Made by a program: the position numbers and the translations under genes
In this document: positions 12,020 to 25,415 of the stretch, piece after piece
Numbering within the stretch: position 1 is the stretch's first letter
How the letters are laid out: each line of letters opens with the position of its first letter
Notes under the pieces: model-generated
Seen by the model: the letters and a program-made list of their open reading frames with translations, nothing else
Databases searched by the model: none
What the model was told of the DNA's origin: nothing
Source: Podospora anserina
Taxonomy: Eukaryota
Direction: 5' to 3'
DNA: 64,000 nt
NCBI GenBank assembly: GCA_017654855.1
Contig: CM030332.1
Coordinates: 7,006,001-7,070,000, forward strand

Positions 12020-12167
12020 CTTCCGTCTGTTACCAGTGGACTTGGTCGCTCAAAGGTCGGGAGAAAGCAATCATTTTGCGAGGCATCAAGTTCTTCACCT
12101 GACAGGCGTTTTTTGTACACTCATGGAGTGCCTGCTGGGTTAAATTAGTCTTTGATTGCTTACAAAC
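12020..12167 (+). ncRNA. Candidate H/ACA-like RNA in the next intron of the same host
   Basis: Hairpin CTTCCG/CGGGAG, then ANANNA (AAAGCA 12064-12069), then a long hairpin closed by AAGCAATCA/TGATTGCTT, then ACA at 12162-12164; the H box overlaps the stem, so this is uncertain. Confidence 0.3.
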
Positions 12168-13521
12168 TTTAATCTTTTGTGGTCAACTCTGAGCAGTCAA
12201 TATCTGTCATCCCACTCATTCACAGGTTCAGTTGCAGTTTCGAGATGTTTTTCGGTGGAAAAAATCCGGGTATTGTCATTGAATCAGTGAAGGAACGGGA
12301 AGGCAGGTATTTGACGGCCCGTGTTGTTTCAGCTTTGGGTTTGAGAAAGAAAAATAACAGAAGATTGTTTGCCTTGACTTCTTGTGTGCCCCTCGACTGC
12401 TGTGTGATTCTTTGCTAATTTACGCAAGTCCAATCCATCTTCTACCGGAACCCAGGTTCTCTCTATCCAGCATCCACTGGTGAGGTGGCACAGTGTGACG
12501 AACCCCTATCCAGAACCTCTGAAAGGGATACTAGTCGAAGGCGCTTCTAGACAATCTAGTTCGGTGCGGCTAAACAGTGCACAACAATGGCTTGGTCTCA
12601 ATCACAATAGTCTTGATACCAACGAATGTGACTTGCATTGCATACTGCGGAACTATCTGCTACCCATCTAGTCCCTCGGTATATATAGCCCTCGGGACCC
12701 TGAGATGATCATCCTGATCTGGCCCTGATCCGCCTGCACCAACAGACCCTTACCCTAACGTACCAGTGTGAGAGTCTGGGCGTGACAGAACTTTTCATTA
12801 TCCTATGATTTCTCCACCCTCCACGTAGTGGAGGGTGTGGTAAACATCGACGCCTCACACAGCTAACACCCTCAAGTAAACAGCGCAGCCGCAGCAGGTC
12901 TTGAACAGTCAACTGATCACTTGCGACTTCGACCCCAATGTTTTCAAGAACGTCAACCAACATCAAGATTACTAGAATGTATGTCGAAGAATGTAGGTAC
13001 TGTCAGCAGATCTCTTTCCTGAACTTCTGTCAAGTCACCAGCAAACTGTCCAAGAAAAGCTCCCATCTTCACTCTTGAGCAAAAACCCGATATTTTTCCA
13101 CGCCCACGTTCCCGCCTATTCACATACAAAACAACACTGCGGCAGAGAGAAGTTTCTTACCCAGAGGATATCTCATCTATCAAGAACTGCCCTTCAAAGA
13201 CTCATTTACTGCTATCGGCAGGTGAACAGTCTCAGTCATCACAGTCAGGAGAAAACAAATGACAAGAACATCAATCCATTCCCATCTAATCTACGCCCCT
13301 TTCTCTCTCTTCCCTTTTCCCACCACCATCAAGATGAAATTCACTGACAAGTTCATTGTCTTGTGTTACATTATCATACCAGTACAAGCAAGGGTCAAAA
13401 TGCCTGCTGCTCCTAACTGCAATAATGACCTAAATAACCAGCAACATACACCTCCAACTGTGATAATGCGAATACCTTAAACCTAACATCGTGATGGTGG
13501 TGTACAGGGAACCAGAGGAGA

Positions 13522-15154
13522 CTAGAATGTGAGGAAAAGAGCCTGCAGTAGGATAAACCCAAGGGCCGCTGACAGAATCACAAGAGACGGGCCATCCTGC
13601 GCCGCCTTTGCTGCCGTAACTTGGGCTGGACCAGCACCCCAGATCGACGGTGGGATCGCGGGAATCGGCGCAACTGCACCATCACTGTCTGCTGGAGAAT
13701 TGCTGCCGTTGGCTGTGGCTGCGCTTGCACTGTCTGGTGGGTCGCCATATGCGCCCGCTGCCCCTGATTGTTGGAAATGGGGAGCAGCAGTGATTGCTGT
13801 GTAGAAAGACGTTGTAGCCTCGTCTGCGACTTGTTGCTGCAAACCTGCGCCCTTGGCTCCATAGTATGCAACCGTGTTTGGAGGAGCGTACGCTGGAGGA
13901 TCAAACGAAACAGCCGCCAATGGAACAGGAGCTGGGGAGGGTGGAGGAGGTGGTGCAGCGACTGTTTGAGTGATTGTCACATAGACTGGTGGTGGTGGAG
14001 GGGGAGGAGGAGGTGCAGGTGCGGCTTGGGCTGCATATTGTGAACCGTCGTCTCCGTTCCCATTTCCGGCTCCGGCTGAACAGCTTGTTGGAGCAATGGC
14101 CATTGGACTTGGGGTGCCCAAGATGAAGACTGTCTCGACCAGCGGGCCTTGCAAAGCAGGCTGAGAAGGTTGACATGCCCCATTGCCGTTCCCGTTACCG
14201 TTGCCATTGCCTGCTGGACATGGTGGTGATCCGCCTCCGCCGTTGCCATAGCCTCCTGCCAGCGACTGTTGAGCTGAACTCGGACAGATGGTTGTCGTCT
14301 CGATGACAGTGAGTGTTTGGCCATTGCCTCCACCAGGAGGACCATATGCCGCAGGATCAGAGCCCCCATTCCCAGCACCCGCACCATAAGCCCCTTTTCC
14401 GCCCACGCCGCTACCACTTCCGGCACCAAAGTCATATGACCCAGCACCGCTGCCGCCGGCATTCGCACCTTGATAACCACCGTACGCATAGGAACCAGTA
14501 CCTGAGCCCGAGCCGGCACCTGCTTGGGGAACAGTGACAGTCTGTGTCATGGTAACGACCCGAGGGGGAGAAGCACTGCCATCGGTGTTGCCATCATCGT
14601 AGTGAAGGTTGATGTTGAGGCCGATGAGGGGGTGGTGACCGTCTGGATTCTCTGAGAATGTATTTGGCGAAAGTATCCTTGTTTCAGGAACCAAACTGCC
14701 TTGTCCTCCAGACCCAACGTCACCAACATGGCCCATGTGCCGAGCGGCTTCGAGTTGCATTGGCGAATGGTGATTGATGATGTCGTTGGTGTCTGTTTCG
14801 TCGCTAGCTACAATGTCTTGAACCGTATTGACAGCCGAGGATGTGATGCAATTCCCCGTGACGGTTTTCAGAGCGGGTGAATATTCCACAGCGTTGCAGT
14901 TAATGAAGACGCAGTGAAAAAGATTCTGCGTCAGACATTGTCAGTGGGTGAGGTGAAGTGAGCCTGGGCATCTCAGTAAAGGTTACCTGTAGATCCTGCT
15001 TTCGCTGGCAGATACAGCGGATGTCGGCACAGTTCGTGCTTTGAAGGAGTGGTTGTAGACAAATCTGGGCACAGGGAGGCAGCGATTCTTTGTTTTGTCG
15101 GGCCGATGAGATAGATGAGAATAGCGTAATGCTCCAGAGCACCGTGGATTTCAT
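13522..15154 (-). CDS. Secreted CFEM-domain, Gly/Pro-rich, probably GPI-anchored cell-surface protein; exons 15154-14987 and 14925-13522
   Basis: Signal peptide MKSTVLWSITLFSSISSA; 8-Cys CFEM pattern PPCAQIC..NCADIRCIC..HCVFINC..GNC across the intron; hydrophobic C-terminal tail. Confidence 0.88.
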
Positions 15155-15696
15155 ATTGAAGGCGAGAAACTTGTCGGTGATTCGAAGAGCTGCAAGCAAA
15201 GATATGATCTCCAAAAGGAGGTGTCAAACGACCGACGAGACAGAATTTGGGTACCTAATCCAAGAAAAGAACGACGTTCAAAAACACAGAGCGATTGTTG
15301 ATGATGGAAATGTGATGGGAAGAGAGAAGAGGGAGACAGGACCCAAAGCTGAAATACTGGAAATCCTGGGCACTGGCACCGGCACCAAGAATATGGACGG
15401 CAGGAGCATGACATGCCAGAGCCTGCGATGTTGTGCCAGTAGCCGATCGAGGCAGGCACAACAACAACATGGTCTGTTTCCCAGAATGACAATCCAATGG
15501 TGGTCCCGGTGGCGGGGCAGGAGGTTCTTTCCAGTCTGGATTGCCGAAGGACATCGTGCAACAGCTATCAGACGTACAAGTCACAAGAATAAGAACCGCA
15601 GTCATGGATGGTGGGAATTAGTGCGGAAACTGTGAACTTGGCCAGCGCTTGGATATCTACCAACAGACAAAGTAATAAACTCAAACTCCTCCGAGC

Positions 15697-16662
15697 TTAG
15701 TAAAAGATGAGATCGATCGGGTGGTTGGGATCCGTATACTTGTCCTTGAGCTCCTTCCTCGATAGAAGCCTCACAAGCGGCATCAAAGTCTCCCTCATGT
15801 CCACAATCCCCCGCTTCTTCTGGTCAATATGTGAAGCATCAACAATTATCCTTTTGAGATGCGAAGTAGCGAGCGCCCCTTTTGCACAGTCAGCATAAGA
15901 ACGTAAGAGTTGCTGGAAGAATACCTACCATTCTCGATGAGATCAACCAGGCGCTGAGGCGTGCCAACCGCCATGCCACTGCGGTTCTTTTGGAGAAAGG
16001 CGACCTGTTCTTCTACCTTGAAATGCTTGGCAAACTGGTGATAATCAGCCAACGTCATTGACTGAGAGTAGATATGGCTTCTTACCAGCTTGGCGACTGT
16101 GTTGCCCTTCTTTTGAAACGTCCTGAGTGCTCTGTGATTTGGTCAATTTAGCAGCTATCTCGAGACAACAACTAAACTCGTACATACCTGACAGTATCAG
16201 CGGCTCGGAGACCGGCAGCCGAGACAACTAGTGTATGCGGCGCACCACACGTCTTGGATGCATTGTTGAGCTTCTCGGGCTCAGCTGAAAACTTCTCCAG
16301 GAAATCTGGTAGGTTTTCGAGATTTCTCGGCTTCTCATACGAAGTGGTGTCTTTGATGGCGTTGGCTACATCATGGAGTTAGCCTTGTCCTGCAAGCCCC
16401 GTAAGTCGAAGTGCCACTCACCCGAAATGTAAAGATCTGAGAGCTCAATGGGACTGAGCTCTGTGCCAAAACGAGACGTCTTTTGAGCAACGTGATCAGC
16501 CAGGAGCTGGCCGTCCATCCGAGCAAACGCCTTGTTCAGACCAGCCTCGACATCCAGGTCGGCCTCATCCTCACGCTGCTTCTTCTGTTTCTTCTTTGCC
16601 TTCTTGACGAGTACACCCTCGTCGTCGATCTTCCTCTTCTTGCTCTGTACCTCGGGCGCCAT
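15697..16662 (-). CDS. CMS1: Cms1-like 90S pre-ribosome protein (multi-exon)
   Basis: Lys-rich N-terminus, LSPIELSDLYIS, KHFKVEEQV, AVGTPQRL, IIVDASHIDQKKRGI; ends PIDLIFY-TAA. Confidence 0.85.
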
Positions 16663-19600
16663 TTAGAAGTTTTCGGTGTCGGTGTTGATGAACCCGCTTA
16701 TAAGAGAACTCGAGCTTGAGAATGAGACCCGAGAAGTGCGTTATTGCTATGCAATCGATAGATTGACCCTATGTTTTGAGTCTAGTCGACAAAAACAGGA
16801 GGTTTCAAATTAGGTAAATAAACGTCGCCCAGATGATGAAGCGATCTGTTTCTGTTGCGGTGAATGAAAATGTTTCGAGTGACCTTCAAAGAATCAAGCT
16901 TGGCAGAGTCGAGGGCGGATGGAATTTTTTTGGGAATAGTGGACAGTGTGCGCAGGAGATGTATGGTTCTGGCACTGTATTTCTCAGTGTCTGCCGGCAA
17001 CTGGGTGCCAAATCAGAACGGCCAGGCCCCCGAAACTCACAGTGCGAATTGTCTCACGCCGTCCAATAGGCTTCAGCTCCCAAAACAACCTCGAGTTCAG
17101 TCATGAAGCTCCTCTTATCATCTCCTTGGTCTTGTTTTCCACGTCATCCACTACCTTTCAGAGTTATTCGCTCTTCGAATCATGCATCAAACTGCCTCAG
17201 AATGATAGCCAGCGTGTTCTAAAATAACACGGCAAGCGTTCTCAGGTGTTGCCCAGCGGGTGGTGAGGGTCCATGTTGCTCCTGCTTCTGAGTTCAGACT
17301 CTTGGGGCGGAAAGATTTTCTCGGGCGACTTTGAGCCCTTCCTTCTACCTTTTGACACAAAACCAGGTAGGCCCCAGATTGACATTGCTGGCAGAGTTCC
17401 TCATTTTGTAAACTTTCTCACATGTATCGGAGCATATGTCTGTCTGTTCGTGATACCCTTCGGGATCTCGATCCTCTGTTCATTACCACTCATCGATGTT
17501 TAGTTGCCTCCGAAGATCAAGAGGATGTGGTTACGACAGGAAGGATAGGGATTTGCCAAGTTGACGGTGGCACTTGTCCAAAACCCGACGGCCTGGATCT
17601 AGTGGGCAGTGAGAAGACGCCATCGTCCCAAAAAGCACTCTTGCATTCATCCAGTTTGTCATAGCTCCGAGTGGCGGTGCTACAATCCCGATTGTTTTCC
17701 ATTGAGCCCGAGGCTTCAGCATATCCTGTACGTCGTCACCTCACCTGGTTGGCTTTGTTTCCCGCAAGCTCAGACAGTGGGTAGAGTGGCGCAGATATAA
17801 ACATTCCCCATCACCGGACCAGTGCGAGCTCTGCATCCCTATCGAGTGACGAGGAGAAGATTCCCAAGAAGAGAAGCAACTGCCGACTTGAAAACACCGG
17901 TGCCAGAACGCTCGGATAGTCAGGATCTGCCTCTGAAAGCTCTGGCCATCCCGGCCCAAGCGGCAACCTGTCGTAAGCCACCTGTACATGGGAAGACACA
18001 AGGGAAAAAGCAATGAGGTTGCTAACCCTAGGCCCCGCCAAGTGGTGTATCCCAAAAGCTCGGGCCTTGAGCTATTGACTGGCATGGTCAGCGGATGACA
18101 TCTTGGTCACTTGGAGATGTTGGCCAGTCGGAAAAAAATGCCAGTCGTTGGTTCGTGGAAGGCGAGGAAACAAACACGACAAAGATACGAGCTGCCGCGT
18201 AACCTGCAGTGGCCATTGGTTTTTCAACATCGAGTTTGTTCCTTTTTCCGTGAGGTCCAAACGTTGTGCTGAGAACACCGCAGGACAGCTGCTGCCAACC
18301 AAGGGCGGTCTCTAGCGAGGGGGTCCTGCGCAAGACGCATAGGTGATAGAATGTGCACCTAGGGCGCGCAGCCAAGGGGCTAGCGAGTGTAAGGGAGAAC
18401 CCAGCTCCGAGACCAGGTCAGACCTGCTGTTTCGAGGGGGAAAAGAAAGTCGTTTCAAGCTGCTGGCCTGGCCGTTGGAGCTGGTCCGGATCGACATGGT
18501 ACCAGGAGACCAGAATCAAGAGTCAGATCAGACAGAAACAATATGATCTGGTGTTTGTGCGTGCGGGGCCGGCCGCAGCCATCTTTGGGCCCTTGGGCGG
18601 CGAGATCAGCATCGAGAAACAAGGTGGAAGATCCATGAAAGACCTCAGACCACCTGCGTACCTGCAAAGTCCATGTCTGTTCCTGCATGCAACAAGCCCT
18701 GGCTCTGTTCGCTGGCTGTCACGGCGCATCGCCGACAAAGCAGCTGGCGTTGCGTTGCAGGAAGACGGCGAGGTGTTGTTGGTGGGATGCTGGTGGGCGG
18801 TGGGGGTTTAAATTCAGGTCGGTGATGGAATTGGTGGGACCCCTTGCCTTTTTGCTCACAGAGCCCCCCCTCTTTGGCCGGGGAAGCAGCATCATGCAGC
18901 TCTCTGATGGTCCCTTTTTGGTGCCAGTTGGTCCCCGTTCGCTAGCCTCGCCCGCATCTATCATCCATTCACCAGAGCCCATTCCGACGCTGGGGCATGC
19001 AAGTGTTATGAAAAATTCTGACAAAAAAATAAAATAAAAAAGGCGATCCAAAGATCTCCGAGACACTGTCAGGACCGAGCCGCGGCCTGCCTGACTGATC
19101 TGCTGCGGTCCCGTCTTGTTCTGTTGATTTCTGCCGTGTCCCGGCATCCAGCATGTTCCATATATGTCATCCCGACTTTTTTATTCAGATGGCCACCGTC
19201 CTATCTTAACACTGCGTATGGAGTACACTTACCCGCCCTCGGAACCGTCCTGGTGGTCCGCTAGTAGATCCATCCAATATCCATCAGTCTAAAATAAAAG
19301 CTCGGGGTAGCTTTTTTGTACCTGTCCCAATATCCTGCCACATCGGCACCCTCTCTTGTCTAACCTCCACACACCGGTTGCTACTTCCCAGTCGTTCTCC
19401 TTCGTGCTCGCTGTAACGTTTATACCAACCGAGGTGCCCTCCCGGTCCCGTCTCTTGCGTGGCGTCATCGACACAGCAACTCCGGATTCGCTCCAAGAAG
19501 TGAGAGTTTGTTGGTGCCCGCCGCCCACCCTTGCGTCAGCATCAGCGTCAGAGAACCCGGGGTTAGCGAGGTACAAGAATCCCTGAACACAGGGAGTCGT

Positions 19601-20504
19601 CCCTGCAGACAGCCGCAGACAACCGGTGACACCACACACTACAGCTGGGCCTTGATCCCGCCGATTGATACCCCCCGAGCCAGCGGATCCAAAGCAACAA
19701 GATCGCCCTAGGGACCACTCATCACTGACGTTGCCGTTGGCTGGTCAGGTTGGTCACCTCCCTGCTATAGGCGGAGAACATATTCCCAACGCTCGGTCCT
19801 GGATCTGCACGGAGTGCTTTGGTGCTTTGGGTGCGTTGCTATAAGGTGAGGTGGTCGGCCATCGGTTGAAAAGAAGGGCTCCATCTCACGGCCCGCTAAA
19901 GCTCCGACTGGACGTCTCTCCCGCAGCTCCGCGCGCTTTGTGCCCCTAAACCCCCGGCCTCGCAGCCCCCAAAATTGTCGGCCAAGCACCCCCAGCAAAG
20001 AAGCCCCCTCCCTCAAGAAGGACCCGGCACCAAAGCACCCCCGATTACAAGCCGCGTGCTCGTCCTCGAGTCTTTTTTTTTCCCTAGGGGTCTTGCAAAG
20101 GAGAAAAAAACTGACAGCAAAATACCCGGTGACCGCAGGGAGAGAGAAATCGCATCACTTCCCTTCATCTCCCTTCCTTCTCGTTCGTTTCTTTTGCCAT
20201 CTTTTTTCAGACCAGCCCGCGGGTCCGGTCGATTCTCGCTGCATGCAGCCGCACCTGGGGCTCCAGTCTGTGTCAATTCCGCCTGTTTGGCGTCCCGTGA
20301 GGAGTCGGAGCTGCGAGCTTCAGGTTTGACTTACTACATCATATCTCAACCTGGCATTTCGAAACAAATAAGGCAGCGCTGCAAAGGAAACGCGCGAGAT
20401 CCCTACTCACCTAGCCAGGGTCTGTTTCCTTTCTTTCCTCTCAACACATCAACCACGACTGCTGGGGGATATCGCTCAGTGTCGAATCTTTCACAACATA
20501 CACA

Positions 20505-21791
20505 ATGCCGTCGAGGTTTACCTATCAGCCCGTGTAAGTCATACATTCCAGTTTACGTGATTTTACTTTTTATGCCATCCACCATTTGTTTGGTATACTC
20601 CATCTACCAGATCAATGAGATGAATTTTCATACGTCTTCTCATATATGTCGAGAACGCCTCCTGAATCAGAGAAATCTACCCGCTCTTTCCCCCTTTGTT
20701 TTTCATCAGCTGCCCAAATCCCGACAAAACACGCTCTCGGGATTTTGGCGTTGTTTCTTGGTTTTTTTTTGTTTTTTTTTTTTAAATTTTATTTGGGAAG
20801 GTTGGGGAACAACACATTTGCTAACACGTCGGGTGGTGTCCACCCTGATTGTTTAGTCGGGAATACCATGTGGTAGTTTTAGGTGCAGGTGGTGTTGGGA
20901 AGAGTTGCTTGACTGGTGTGTATGCCCCGTTTTTGCTTGTATAACCCTGGGTTCTTTTGGTGGTCACACATAACCCTGAATATGCCCCCTTTCACCTATT
21001 TACCCTGGAGTGAGGATTGACTGACGAGAACAGCCCAATTTGTCCACAATGAATGGATTGAGAGCTATGATCCGACAATCGAGGATTCATACAGGACGCA
21101 GGTGACTGTTGATGTGAGTCTCTTGCCATTCCTCTCCCAATGCATTTTACTGACGCATGGTTTCAAGGGACGGCAAGTAGTACTCGAGATGTAAGCACAC
21201 CCACACAACGCTGGCTCTTCACCCGTCTAGACGCGTCTTGTTACACTATACTAACCACATCTTCTTCCCCTCCTCCCCAGCCTCGACACTGCAGGAACAG
21301 ACCAATTCGTCGCTATGCGCGACCTGTTTCTCAAATCGGGGCAAGGGTTTCTTCTAGTCTTTAGCATCGCCTCCCGCAGCTCGTTTGATGAGCTCGCGAC
21401 CTTGAGAGAAGAGATTCTCCGCATCAAAGACGACGACACGGTCCCGATTGTGATGGTGGGCAACAAGGCCGATTTGGAAGATCAGAGGGCGGTGGACAGG
21501 GCGAGGGCGTTTGGGGTTTCGAGGAGTTGGAACGCGCCGTATTATGAGAGCAGTGCCAGGACGAGGAGTAAGTTTTCTTGTTATTGGTTGTGTGTGATGT
21601 GGGTTGGTGGCTGATGAGAAGATGTAGCGAATGTGGACGAGGTGTTTATCGATCTTTGTCGGCAGCTGTGCAGGAGGGAAGACATGCTGGAGGAGCGGGC
21701 GAGGGATGACTTGGGGCAGAAGATGAGTGATGAGGCGGCGAAGAAGAGGAGGAGGAGGAGGAGGAGGAAGGAGAAGTGTGTAATTCTTTGA
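20505..21791 (+). CDS. krev-1: Rap/Rsr1(Bud1)-type Ras GTPase, Krev-1-like; 6 exons
   Basis: Spliced motifs VVLGAGGVGKSCLT, YDPTIEDSY, DTAGTDQF (Rap-type Thr61), VGNKADL, ESSAR; polybasic tail plus CAAX CVIL. Confidence 0.92.
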
Positions 21792-24700
21792 GAGGTGGGG
21801 GTCATGGATTGGGGGAAGGGACTACGAGGGTTTTGAAACATGTGGAATGAAGCTATGCTATGATTGGGGTTGGCGAGGTAGTTGGGCGGGCGGGATATTT
21901 ATCTTAATTGTACTTGTGTGTTTATCATGAACGGGAATGGGGAGCGATACTCTTGGGGCCAGATGGGGAGGCGCGAGTCGTTTGAGTTTTCTGGAATCTT
22001 TTGCACAGTTTTATATGCTGGGGGAGTGAGTGTGGAGTGGTTTGGCATGGAACTTGATTCATGATGGGGGGAACGCAAGCACATTTCACAAACGCAAAAG
22101 ACAAATGGGGGATATATACTCGGATTTAGCGCAAGCATAGGAGCAATGGGATTTTCTTTCTCGTTGTTGGTGTCTACTTCTTTCCCCTGGATAGCCAAAC
22201 AACCACCTTTTACTAAACCATCTTGGTTGGCCAACAACTCCATTCCTAGCCATAACACCACCAGCCCATAACTTGATCGACAACCAGCCGATGTCGGCCA
22301 ACGCATCGGACTCCCAAATATCACAATCACCTACACCTACATATATCACATTGCAGAACATCACCAGAGCTCTTTTCTCAGCCGCGGAACTTTCCGTCTG
22401 AGAACTGTAGCCAGCATAGGGGTGGTGCAGGCCATCTCGTAAAATTTGACAGGTCAGACGCATCTGATCAGACACTGCGCATCCAATTCTTTTGCAGGTC
22501 AGTACCCTAGCTAGGTATCTGCCAACTCCCGCGCTTACTGCGTGTAGAAGTAAGCGGCGCGGTACGGCGCGCACCCCGTGCTCGCTTGTCGGGGGCGGTA
22601 GTGAGGTGGCACAGCTATGTATTCAGCTCATGGGAAGGAGCCGTGGGGGTGGTGGACTGAGGATGAAATATTGAGATGTTGGGACGTTTGAGCGGCTATT
22701 ATGGAGGGTTGATTGGAAGTGGCTTTCTTGAGGATGGGCGGAGAAGAGGTACATGGGAAAAAACTGCAGAGAACACATACCTAGTGTAAAGAGGCGCAAA
22801 GAAGAGATAAACGGCGGAGGGAAGAGGGTGCTGTGAGTGTGAGATAGGTAAGTCATTGTAGAAGCGCGGCTATTTTCTTGCGAGCGATTGGGCTGCTGGT
22901 TGACAGACGGTTGGTGGTCTCAAGAGTATCTGCTGTTGGATGGGTTCCAACATATTTCCCATCAACTGCAAACCTGAATGTGAGCAACTCTGCAGTTGAT
23001 ATGACCTCAATGCACTCTCCCGCAACAGCGCAACATGTTTCAGAGGGCACGGTTGCCCAATTGTGGTTTCTTTGAAGTCTCGCAAAATGGAAAAGGGGGA
23101 CTATCAGTCAGACTGTGTGACGGCATGAACCTCTGTCTTGGGCCATGCGTCGCGACGTCACTTGAAACGCGGATGAGAGGCGGATGTTGTGCGAGGAAAC
23201 CTGACTGGTTGGTTCGTCACAAGGAACGGAAACACCTCGAGATGTTTGACAGGACGGGCAGTCGTCATGGTACGAAAAAGAGGAATACCAATGGTACGGG
23301 TGTGGGTTGTGGTTGATCGCTCTCGAAGCACAGGAAAGGGCGGCAACATGGCACAAAGCAAGTGTAAGCTCGAGATGCGATTTGCTCTTTGTCTTTGCAA
23401 GACCTTGAATACTGCCACCAATCAGCAATGGATCCAACAGACTTTGAGAAAATGTGCGACGAAAAGCCCGGGCAGAATCCGATCAGCAAATCGGAGGCCG
23501 TGTGTTGGTCCGAATTCTCCGTCGTCTGATGTTGGATGTGACTGTAGGTACGGATAGATATAGTTCTGCTTGCGCAAAGAAAACCTCAAAGCCTGTTTGG
23601 GCGACTTGTTGGTGCCGATGCTGTCGGGTTTGCGAAACCCAGTTATAGAGTCAAGCATTGAGTTTGCGACAGCGCCACGCCGGCGGTCTCGGATCCGGCC
23701 CGTTGAGAATCGTGGGAGTCTTTGCGGCCGAAATCAGGCCACGGCAGAGCCCGTCATCCGTCGGGTTGACACCAAGGTGGGCAACGGCATCTGCCTTTGC
23801 TCATTGTTCATAATAAAGTTGGGGGGGTTTATGGCCACGGCCACAGCGACTTGATCGACCGCTTGGACCAGAACGTCATGTGGGTGATGGCGCTAGTGTT
23901 TAAGATTTAGCCTGACTCCACCTCCTTATCTACTCTGGAGTGGAGAGAAGCACCCCTGCAATTCTCACCGTGATCAGAAAGACCATGAAAGTGGAGAGAT
24001 ATTGATGCTTCTTGAACTGTTAGCAATATCCATCCTGGTGCCGCACTTGAGCTCTTGTCGAAACCGCCTTCTCTTGCTCGATATTGGGCGCGCCTCTACG
24101 GCACTGATCTGCAGTGCAAATGTCATGCATAAGCGTTTGCGCCGCAGAGGATGGGACACTTGCTTTCTTGAGCATTCTATAGGCTGGTGGTATTCTCAAC
24201 CTTCTCTTCCATCAGCATTCTTTCCCACTGGATGGTCTACCGTAGCCAAAGTCTCTTCCATCGTCCTATTTCCGTCGTCACCGTCGTATATGGCAGCTTC
24301 GTATTGTCCAGGTAAAACAGACTTCTATGTAACCCTGGTCACGGACAATGCCACCCCGAAGCCTGCAGGGCTGCGGGCAACGTCAAAGCCCAGACCCATC
24401 CGCGTGTGCCTGCCCCCCTGTGTCTTGCGTGCTCCTGCCCCCGTGTCCGTCCCCTCGGAGCCATGATGCCCCTTGATCCCGATCACAGCCCACTGGGGAG
24501 CGTGTTTTCGTGTTTTCCTTCTCGAGTTTCGTTTCTGTCATCGTCGTTGTTGTTGTTGCTCCTGCTGTCGTGTTCATCCAAACTCTTGTCATTCTTTTGC
24601 ATATCCCGTCACTCGTTCGCCGCCCGCGTGGCTCCGACGGCATTGCCGCTCCTTCGAACCCTCCTTTCGCAGCTATTCGCACTCTTGTCGCCGCTTGCCA

Positions 24701-25390
24701 CATTCACGCTCCTGTTGGTTCCCGCCGGTGATCTGGAACCACTGCTCTGGACTGGCAAACTTCTCGGCAGGATATCCAGAAGAGCTCCAGCGGATCTCTC
24801 AGATCACCGGATTCACTGATCACTAGCTGGCCATCACTGCTGCTGCTCGCTGCACGCCTTGCACGACACCGTCTCTGCACTACGTTAGTCATCGCCTGGT
24901 TCTGCGAGGGACTGCAGCCAACGCTTGATTTTCTCTTGATCTTCATCTCTCAGACACCACTTCTGCTTGCTGGAGCTGGGTGCCGCCGCGAAGAGCTCTC
25001 TTGCTCTCCCGCAGATCTGAAACGGCAACCCCCGTCTCGGTCGTACGTGCACAATTTCATCCTGATCCCCTCCCATTACCGAGTCTGCCCAGTACCGACG
25101 TCCCACGCCTCTTTGGTGCAGTCTCCCGAATCCCCTGAGAAGGAAAAAAGGAACCCTCCAAGTTGTTGTCGTCCTCGCCGTTGCTTGTCTTTTCATCGGT
25201 TCCTCGCACTACAGCACAACGTGCGACTTGTACGACATTGCACCTGATTCGCCGGGTGGGAAGGATAGACACAACGTACGGTATACAACCGGGTCGCCCC
25301 AATACCGCGCAGTGTGAGGTGACAGGGTCGAAACACACAAAGGTACGTGATACCTCATCCCGTCACAGTTCCCCCCAGGGGTTCGTCGCT

Positions 25391-25415
25391 GGCTTGGCTT
25401 GGCTTGGCTTGGCTT
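25391..25415. repeat. (GGCTT)5 pentanucleotide microsatellite
   Basis: Read directly. Confidence 0.9.
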
